A DNA stretch of 64,000 nucleotides from Phallusia mammillata (Eukaryota): NCBI GenBank assembly GCA_965637545.1, contig OZ281499.1:14198001-14262000 (forward strand), given 5' to 3'. The notes beneath the pieces were generated by a model, which was not told the DNA's origin, made no database searches, and saw nothing but the letters and a program-made list of their open reading frames with translations. Of the stretch, positions 54,235 to 64,000 are shown piece by piece; within the stretch, counting starts at the first letter, position 1, and each line of letters begins with the position of its first letter. A program made the position numbers and the translations under genes.

Positions 54235-57200
54235 CCAGCGAAGGGGACCCCGTTCCCCCTCACAGGATGCAACGGATACACCACCTGATGTGGCCCAGGA
54301 GGAGGAGGTCCACTGCGACTCCTCAACATTAATCACCGATTCCAGCGGCGAGGTAGAGGAAGAAGAGGAGACCTCGGAGGAGGAGAAGGGGGAGACCTCG
54401 GAGGACAACAGTTTTATAAAGGTCAGCAGAAAGAGGCGAGGGAGGTCTACTCCCTCCCCTAACAATAACATTAAGAAAAAGTTGCAAAAAATATCCAAGT
54501 GCCCGTGTGGGCGCTTTGTGGGAGAACCAGGTCCGGGCTTGCAGAAGGTCTGCGAGGGCTGTTCCGCAATCACTTTTGGTTGTGCTTGCGGTTCAGTTCT
54601 CGCGGTCCAACCCGGACATACAACAACTTGCCCAAAGTGCGAGAGGACTTACCATCCTCATACGCACCACGCTAGTGACCCGGGCGGTCAAACGTAATTT
54701 ATTTTATCTTTGCATCCTTTTATTTACACTGCCTAATTTTTTTTAATGGCTGACTACCTTAAAATAACAACCCTCAACTGCCGAGGACTCGCGGGTGACG
54801 CCAGGAGACTGGCCGTCTTCAAAAGTCTTCGGCAGTTGGAAGTCCATATCGTCCTCCTGCAAGAGACTCACCCTTGTTCTATTCAAATCAAAATAACAAA
54901 AGTGTGGCGAGCAATGGATTCGCAATTTTACTAATTCACCCGTCTCTCTCTTTTGTGTCGACGGGGATCGGGACGGGAGGGTTGTGGTTGCCGATATTAA
55001 AATATTTACTCAATGCGTACACGTCATAAACGCGTACGCCCCGGAAAAAGATATTAAAGCTGCAATTAGAAAATCATTTTTTGAAAATTTATATCCATTC
55101 GTAACCTCCAATCACCCAATTATACTCGCAGGCGACTTTAATGGGGTTGAACAACCCGGTTTAGACCGTTTCCCCCCCTCTAAACGTAACAATACGGCAA
55201 TGGTTCCTTTGAGGCAACTCTGCCATGACTTTCAACTTTCCGACACTTTTCGTTCCTTGACCGGAAACAAGCAAATTTTTACGCGGCGACAAGGAAATTC
55301 GCAATCTCGTTTAGACCGCTTTTATGTAAATAATACGATACAACCCATTCACGAAAAAACCCAAAATTTTTCTCTTTCGGACCACAACGCGGTGATCATC
55401 ACTGTCCAAATTGGGCCTTTGCCCAAGCGAGGATCACCGCCTTGGAAAAATAATGTCGCCGCGTACGATGAGCACTTCCAGGAGGAGCTCTCGGACAGAT
55501 GGCCTCGGTGCCTAACACTGGAGGAACATTTGTTCGAGAACGCCCCTTCCTGGTGGATGCTCATCAAACAAAAAAATAAATCATTAAACATACAAAATTC
55601 GAAACGCTTATCTAAAATACAAAAACAGGAACAAAAGGACCTGGAACGAAAAGTGACGGAATTGTGGGAAGGCATGGCAGAGAATCCTTCCCTACTCCCC
55701 CAATACCATACCTTTAAAAAAACAATTGGCCACCCTTGTTTACACTAGGGCGAAGAAGAAAACTACCAGGGACCGACTTTTACGTTTTGAGCAATCGCCA
55801 AAGGACTTTGATCGAAAGCCTTGTTGACGATTCTGGTCAAGCAAACTTCCACATTCCTTTTATTTTGGACAACACCGCTAAATTTTATGAACATCTTTTT
55901 TCGGCCAGTACTGTCAATGAGCCCATCCAAGAACGATTCTTAAATAATATACATCCCAAATTGAACGAGAGCGCATGTTTGGCACTAACCGATATAATTA
56001 GTAAAGAAGAAATTAAACGCGCTCTCCCTACGTTTAAAGCTGGGAAATCTTCCGGACCCGATGATCTCTCCTTTGAATTTTATAAACTCAATTGGGGAAC
56101 CATCGGGACAAAATTTGCTGAAATTATTAATTGCATCCATAACGGTCAAATTCCCTCAAATTTTAACGATGGGCTCATTACACTTATCCACAAAAAAACG
56201 ACAAGGACCAATTAGGTAACTACAGACCTATCTTCTTGCTCAATTCTGACCTAAAAATATATTCTAAAATCCTTTCCCTTCGCCTCAAGGCCATTTTACC
56301 GGATGTTGTTCAACCCCATCAATTTGCAAAACCCGGCAAAAAAATATCGGAAGCCACAACCCTCTTACGGGACCTCTTGTATGAGGCCCAAAGGAGAGAG
56401 CTCAATTATTACTTCATTTCGCTAGACTTTAAAAAAGCATTCGACTCCATTGCCCACACTTGGCTCTGGAAGGTCCTTTCAAAAATGGGCTTACCTCAAC
56501 AATATATTAACAATATCAAAAATTTGCACAGGGAGGGCAGCTCGAAGATTTTCGTCAACGGCTTTTCCACCAGAAGCGTTCCCATTCGAAACGGTGTTCG
56601 CCAGGGCGACCCCCTTAGCCTGTACTTGTTCGTACTGGCTATTGAACCCCTCGCCCAAGCGTTCCAGGATGACCCCAGTGTTGAGGGAATCCGCCTACCT
56701 GGAAGGCACTTGATCAAGTGCCCCAGCTATGCGGATGACGTCACACTGACCCTCACCCATTCGTTTTCTGTTAAAAAAGCTTTCCACATTCTAGACCTTT
56801 TTTATTTGGCGTCGGGCCTAAAAATTAATCCTGAAAAAACAAAAGGCATTAAGCCAAACAACGTTAATACCCTTACCCAACTCCCCGAAATCGATTGGTC
56901 TGAATCAAAATTGGATATTTTAGGAGTTTCGATCGGCCCACTAAAAACAATTCAAAACCTGTGGGAAGCAAACACCCATAAATTAAAACACGAAATTTCG
57001 CTCTCAAAGCGTTACCCCTGCACCTGGAACGCCAAGTCACTTCTATCAAAAGCCAAATTATTACCCCACCTAGCCTATACCGCAAACCTTTATCCCCTCC
57101 CTAGCGACATCGCGGAGAAGGTGAACGCCATGGTGGAAAAGTACGTGTGCGGGAGTCGGAGAGTTGCCCTCCCGATTGAAACATTAAGCAAACCTTTGGA

Positions 57201-58811
57201 CAGAGGTGGGTACAGTGTGGCAAACATCCCTCTATATTGTGACCTACTTTATCTTTCTAACATTTATCAATATTGTAAACACAGAGAAAATAATCTAATA
57301 ACCACACCCGGTCTTGCCTTGACGGAATACAACATCGGGCATCAGCTTTCCCGTCAATTTGGCTTTCGTTTGGTAAACAATACTCCCCATGCTGATGCTC
57401 CATCACCCTACTATAGCCACTCTTTAAAATTAATTGATAAATACAAATTAAATTTAGAAACCGTCCTCAATAGCAAGATTCGTAACCTATATCGTTCCCG
57501 TAATTGGTCCCCTACTGGCACCCTCCACCCGCCCCAGGGTGACCACTGGAGGAGCATTCACCACCCTATACTCTCTAATAATTTACGAACTTTAAATTAC
57601 CGTATAACATGGAATTGCCTTCCCCTATCTGCAAAGTTTTCCAATTTTCTTCTCGACAACGACACATTGTGCCCATTCTGTCAAAGTCACGCCGAAACAA
57701 TATGGCATCTCTTCATTGAATGTTCTCGAACTCAAACTGTTTGGCGCGAGGTGCACCAGCTCATCACTCGTGCCACTGGGTGCTCCTCGCTAAATTTTAC
57801 AGTTGCTCTCATTATTAATATGGAAATACCACCGCTCCTGGAGTACTGGTCCGACCTTTTGATTTCCATGATTTCCATAACAAAACAAAGTATTTGGCAA
57901 GATCGAAATAAAATAAAATATGATAACATTGATACATCACCCAATAGTATTTATTCCTGCGTTAAAAAATCAATTGTATGTCGACTTTTCTTCGAAACAA
58001 ATCGCCGTGACCCCACCTTTTTACCAGTACTCCAGGGGCTGAGGGAAGCCCTAAGGTAGTCAGCCACTCACTTTGGTCGTTATCACTTAATTTATTTTTT
58101 CCGTGTGTGTCTTTTCGTTTATTATTTACACACCTTTTCACGTTGATTTTTCGTTCATATTCCCCCAATCGGACGCTAAAAGAAAAAACAAAAACGAGTG
58201 TATACATATACATATTTATATTCTTTGTATACGTACGTACGTCCGACACAAGCATTAATCTAAGACCATACAACATTCCCCATGTTGACCGTTATGTTTA
58301 TTTTTCCACCGTTTTGTCAGTCTTTCCATTTATCAATTCACACCCGGTTTTCTTTTGTCTGTCCGAAAAAAATATATATACATATATACGGAATACCTAT
58401 ATACTTATGTGTGTATATATTGTGTATGTGTGCGTATATATACATGTCTCCTTCTTGTTGTCTATGTGTTTTGCTTTTTTTTGTTTTAGTTTTGTTAAAT
58501 ATGTATAAAATGCGCATAAGTTGCTCACTTTCGGTAAACATAGTTTCGTTGCCATAGTCACGTCAAATATTGATTTTGTTATCCAATGCGTACTTTATAT
58601 TGCAGTGTTTCCATTATTATAATTTTTCGTATGCATTAGAATCCGTAGTACTACATCAACTTGTGTTCGCAATTTTTTAAATTCGTTGTAATATACAAAT
58701 TTATGTTCGTAACTTTCCTTTGTGTGTTCGCAATGTATTATGTTGTTTTTCGTATGTGTTGTCGATTCTTCGGTTGTGTAAATTTTTGAGTTTTGTCAAT
58801 ATACAAAAATT
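54235..58811 (+). mobile_element. Family A copy A2 (5' truncated in ORF1; degenerate ORF2 54746-58059)
   Basis: High similarity to A1; ORF1 tail CPCG..CEGC..CACG..CPKC; ends TGTCAATATACAAAAATT with no poly(A). Confidence 0.9.
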
Positions 58812-58825
58812 GCGGTAAAGGATTG
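58812..58825 (+). other. 14-bp H4-like target footprint between A2 and A3
   Basis: GC GGT AAA GGA TTG versus GT GGA AAA GGA TTG flanking A1; both differences are synonymous Gly third positions. Confidence 0.7.
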
Positions 58826-60690
58826 TAGTCAGATTTTCTGCCGGAATCTGTTCGACGCAGGGTCTCCATAGACCTTGATTGGATTATTTACTTGGATTTA
58901 TCTCTGACTTTGCTCTCATTGAATTATTGCAACGTTTGAAGCTCTGCAACGCACCACAAATTGAAGAGTGGGCGTGGTCACCCTGCCTATTAAGGTCGAG
59001 GGTTAGAATTGTTTACAAAACGGAGGATGCGCCTGCGGGCTCATCTTTAAGTCTCCCGGGCGACAGGCCACGGACGACTCTGCTCCTGTGGCATCGGCGG
59101 AGGAGGGTGCCCTCCCGTCACATTCTTCTGCTATCAGTGAAAGTCAGGGCTCGCTCTCTAGAAGAGGAGCCCTCCCTGTGAAGCGAGGATGGAATAAAGT
59201 TGTGGGTGGAGGCCCACCAAGGCCCACCACTGCCCTTTTAAGAGAAACCGAAGTTCTTGTCAAATTCCCTGCAAAAAAACAGGGGATTAATCTACAAGTG
59301 GATTGAAAAAGTTAAATTTCCACTACAAGCTATTGAAGGGATCGTGGAGAGATTCAACGGCCTTACCGACATCACATGTTCATCCGAAGAGAAAGCAAAG
59401 ATACTAGCTGAAAGGCTAAACTCCTTAGAAGAGGTCGAGTATGCGAAACTCCACGATCCCGAATTCACCGACGTGGTAATAGAACATCTACCGAATAGGC
59501 TGGAATGGGAGCCAACACTGTACCAGTTGGAAAGGCGACACGGGGAGGTGCGCAAATATTATAAATTGCGGGATCCGCAATACCGAAAATTCAATGGGAA
59601 AAGAATGTTTGAAGTAAGAACAAGCGATCTTAAGGAAAATCCAATCCCGAAAAATGTCAGAGTGTGTGGATTGCGTTTCATGGTCCATTACGACAACCAG
59701 CCAATCCAATGTTTTCTATGTCGAAATTTCGGCCACAGGGACCGCGATTGTCCTCAAGAGAAAATCGACGTAGAAGATTTCCCCACTTTGTCTATAACTC
59801 CAAAGGAACACAAAGGAAAACACAGCCGTCACGCAACGGTCGTGAACGCCGAGGAGAACGCAAAAGCAGTTAGAGAAGCGTGTGAAGAGCTGAAGAGGGG
59901 GCTTGCAATTGCATCATCTTTGCAAAACACCGATACAATCAAGGATTCACTGGATACCAGTGAAGGGGACCCTGCTCCCCCCTCACGTGATTCAATAGAT
60001 GTGCCACCGGATGTGGCCCAGGAAGAGGAGATCCATTGCGACTCCTCAGCAACACCGAGCCCTGATACCAGCGCAAACGGTTCTGCGGAGGAAACTACAG
60101 ATGAGATGGGGGATACCACGGAGGACAACACCTTCATAAAGGTTAGACGGAAAAACGAGGGAGGTCCACTCCCTCTCCTGACAATAACACTAATGAAAAA
60201 ACGCAAAAAAATTTGAAGTGCGCATGCGGGCGCTTCGTCGGTGAACCCGGTCCGGGCTCGCAAAAGGTCTGCGAGGGCTGTTCCGCAATCACTTTTGGTT
60301 GTGCTTGCGGTTCAGTTCTCGCAGTCCAACCCGGACGTGCATCTACGTGCCCAACTTATAAGAGGACGTATCATCCTCACACGCGCCACGCCAGTGACCC
60401 TGGTGGTCAGACGTAACTTATTGTGTTTTGGTACCTTTTATTTATATTGTCTAAAGTTTTTTAATGGCTGACTACCTAAAAATAGCAACCCTCAACTGCC
60501 GAGGACTCGCGGATGACGAAAGGAGACTGGCCGTCTTCAGAAGTCTTCCATGTCGTCCTAAATAACAAAAGTGTGTCGAGCAATGGAGTCGCAATTTTAC
60601 TAATTCACCCGTCTCTCTCTTTTGTGTCGCATCACGGGGATCGGGACGGGAGGGTTGTGGTTGCCGATATTAAAATATTTACTCAAACCA
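58826..60690 (+). mobile_element. Family A copy A3: 5' UTR, ORF1 (to 60416) and truncated start of ORF2
   Basis: ORF 59257-60216 with CFLCRNFGHRDRDC knuckle; Cys tail as in A2; MADYLKIATLNCRGL at 60464. Confidence 0.85.
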
Positions 60691-61499
60691 GCAAGCAAAA
60701 GAAAAGCAACAGTCAGAAATAAGTTACCTGAAAAGAGGTGGTACAAGTGTTTGCAGGATTAAAAAAGGCAGCTGCAAAATTGTCTGGTGCATTCCATGGT
60801 ATAACTTGTTTCCTTTTTTTATCAATGTCCAGTAAAATATTTGTGACACACTTTACTGATTTAAAGACAAGTGGGTATATTATAGGAGTGGGGAGCAGCT
60901 GACTGCAGACCTCAAAAATGGCAACTTGGTTCCAGCTATAAGGTTTTAACACACTGCAGTGAAATGTTCTTTCAGTGGTGTAAATATATCCATATGCTTT
61001 ATATTTTAGTGCAAAATTTAGCAAGTCAGCATATATAACAGAAGTTTCAATGTCAGGTTGGAAAGTTGATGTTAAAAGACTGGATGTTCATAGTATGCAT
61101 GAATCATTGTGCACTACTTTGGTGTGTAAAATGTTAGTCCTATTATATTAATGCAGAAAATAATTCTATTCCCATTGTGTTAGGCAAATTAGAAAATCTA
61201 AATCTTTGCAATGGAGTTGCACAAACTGGTTTCAACACAAAACTGCACCCGCTTATTTTTTGGAATGGTGACAAAATTGTGGAAACCACCATTGTTTGAT
61301 CCCCCAATTATAAAATTTCAGGTATAATAAATTTGTATCATTGTGCAAAACTACGGCATTTTTGTGATTGTTTTTTGTGATATCTAACAGCAGTAACAAA
61401 TCAATGTGAACAACAAGCCAATGTAGTTGATCTTGGGGGAAGAGCTGAAGTCACATGAACAAACAGAACTTGTGAGTGTGTTTTGTATCATTAATTTGC

Positions 61500-63740
61500 A
61501 CACATACTGAGGTTGCTGAGTCATTTTAGGGGCCAAACGAGTGGCTTAAAATGATGCATCGAAATCAGCTGCACAACAGAGATGTTCTACCATGTGCACG
61601 TGGTTATCATCCAGACTTTATTTGACGGGCAATTGAAATTTACAATAGGTCCCCTGCTGTATATGATCATGTTCGTCGCATCAACTATTAGAAGCTACAG
61701 GTATTGCACTATTTACAAAAGTTTTACATCTACAAAATCTTTTTTGATTTGATTGTTTTGTGTGTAGAAACTGCATTGCTCCCAAGCCAGGAACAAATTG
61801 TCAGGCTTTAGCAGAAATCGAGAGAGCCTAAATCGTGAATCTCCACCAATAGGTTTTATTTGTCTTGATGAAATGAAGAGTAAGAGTCATTAAGATACTG
61901 AATAAATTCCTGGTTTTTGTGATGATAAAACATGCAATTTCTGTAGTAAAGGAAAATCTTGTGATGAAAAACGGGAAACTTGTGGGTTTAGTAGATATAG
62001 ATGGTGGACGAAGCAACAAACTTGCTACTCACATTTTAGGTAAGGTTTGTTTACAAAATCCAAAACTAAAAATGATAAATTTGTTTTGCATGTTGTAGTT
62101 TTCTACCTAAGGACTGTCCGTCGTGAAATTTTACTTCCGTTAGCCTGGTACCCAACAAGTGCCACTCCAGCTTTCAAACTTGCATAGTTTTTTCGGAAAT
62201 TGTTGTTTGAGTGTGAAACACGTGGTGTTCAAATACATGCAGTTATAGCAGATGGACATCGAACCAACAGGCAATTTTTTAAACTAGTGGCAGGGGTTGA
62301 TAAAATCCCAGTGAAATCATGTTTTGTTGCCACCAATTACTGTGCTACTGACGGGATGGTTTATCTATGTTCTGATCCATCTCATTTGTTAAAGGTATTA
62401 TATTTTGTCCTTACTTTTAGTGAAGTGGTAGCATATTTAATTTTGCAAAACTTTAGACAATTCAAAATAGCCTTTATTTCTCAAAACCAGGAGGAACTAA
62501 GTACTTTAATAGGAATCGCAGGGCATTCTATGGTCTCACATTGTGGAACTATACAAGCTTGAGCAAAGTTTGCCATTCCTTAGCAGAACAAGAATTACAA
62601 AGGCCCACATTAAACTTCCTTTCACTAAGGCAGTGCTCTTCAAAATATGCATGGGGTGCACCAGCACAAAAGGGTATACAAGGGTGCATCACAAACTTTT
62701 AATGAACCATTAATACTTGACATTCAGGATATTAGAAAAAGGGTGTAGGTTTCAATTGATGTATAAATGAACCTTTTATTTTTTTAAATGTTGATGTCTA
62801 ACACTTTTAGTCCGGTCGACGTATATCTACCTTAAAAGGCGCTTTCCGCAGAGTGCAGAGTTAATTTACGTCAAAAGTTTTGATTTTAAGTAAACAGGGT
62901 GCATGAGTTTATCACAACAACTTTAAGGGTTCACCAAACCAAAAAAGGTTGAAGAGCACTGCACTAAGGTATAGTGGTCAGAAAATACAATTACAATATA
63001 ATTTCCAACATGACATGACGTTTCAATTGCAGATGAAGGTAAAAATTAGCCCGTGACGTTCTTTCATGGAAAGTTGGTAATTTGTTACAGCAACAAAATG
63101 GTTGTGAGGGTACTGCTGACTTTGTTTTGCTGATTTCCAAGTATGTTATACAGTGCTATGTAGTACATAGTATTACTTTTCGAAACAAATAATTTTGTAT
63201 CTATGGTTTGATTTTGTAAATAGTCGCCCTTCAAACGCTATTAAACACCCAAACGATGAAAAGTTGATGTGGTTGCTTGACTTTGTGAATCACCTACTTG
63301 CATGGAAGGTATTTGTTTGTTTTTTTGTAGCCTATATGCAGAAACAGTGCTAGTGTAGGATTGTGTCGATACAAGTCATAAAGGTGAATTCAAGAGCATA
63401 TTGGCTTTTCCTATTTTTGTAGGACTTGTATTCACAACACTAAACTTCGATGAAATGACTAAAAATTTACTAAATTCTGTACCATATGTTTGCTTAGAAA
63501 GTTTTACCCAGGATTGCTTGGAAGCATTTTTTGGAAACTCTGAGTGTTAAAAAAAACATTTTTAGCAGCATTTATATTGTAAGACCTTTATTTATAGAGG
63601 CAGGTGTGTAGAAGAATGACAAATCCAGATGTCAATCAATTTGGCTACATTGTTCAACACTTACCCAAAGAAAAGTTATCAAAAAAATTAAGGGAGGCAA
63701 TACAACACATGGTTCAGTCAATGTCTGGACATATTTGTGT
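61500..63740 (+). pseudogene. Second P-element/THAP9-like transposase (spliced, degenerate)
   Basis: CLDEMK; KLVGLVD; VIADGHRTNRQFF; YLCSDPSHLLK; FTQDCLEAFFG; NPDVNQF. Confidence 0.75.
62631..62961. mobile_element. hAT (Buster/Charlie-like) MITE
   Basis: TIR CAGTGCTCTTCAA/TTGAAGAGCACTG; TSD CACTAAGG. Confidence 0.9.
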
Positions 63741-64000
63741 GAAGAACCAATGCCAAAATGTTAAAAAAAACACATCAAACATGAATTTTTGTATTTTATT
63801 TTTAAAATACATTTGAACACTGTTGGCAGATTTTTTTAAGTCTGCACGCAATCCACCAGACCTTTTGTCAACAGAAACAAATAACTTTTGAAACTTTTTT
63901 TGGCAAGATTATGAGACAATGTTTAGACAAACAAGTTAACAATGTAAAAAAGAACATTCTAAAGTGCAGTCGTGTAACTGCTCAATGAAGTTGTTGTAGT

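Noticed and set aside
53990-54235. Helitron or Academ terminus near CTAGTAC before A2
   Set aside because: No convincing subterminal hairpin, matching opposite end or TSD.

Overview
Eukaryotic (invertebrate animal, AT-rich introns; lineage not determinable from sequence alone) repeat-dense window with two halves. 1-30.1 kb is a replication-dependent histone gene cluster (H4, H3, H2A; no H2B/H1 seen) shredded by L1/Tx1-clade non-LTR retrotransposons of at least five diverged types (labelled A-F here; B and F are one family). All are co-oriented with H3/H4, and the resolvable junctions fall within about 25 bp of the H3 or H4 start codon. This looks like a radiation of histone-gene-targeting retrotransposons. 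It carries unusual RNA modules: a 70-nt box C/D-capped hairpin just before the A-tail in two unrelated elements, and a histone stem-loop mimic in the 5' UTR of two others. There is also evidence that one copy was reverse-transcribed from an RNA initiated at the H3 promoter. All ORF1s end in an unfamiliar Cys-rich domain. 30.1-64 kb is a nest of other transposons: a Penelope-like element with a minimal hammerhead, four hAT MITEs, a gag-only Gypsy-like LTR element, a foldback element, nested Harbingers, an EnSpm fragment, THAP/P-like transposases, and a tandem pair of family-A L1s separated by a 14-bp H4 footprint. Many frameshifts lie in homopolymers and could be sequencing errors. All alignments were done by eye; no database searches were run.
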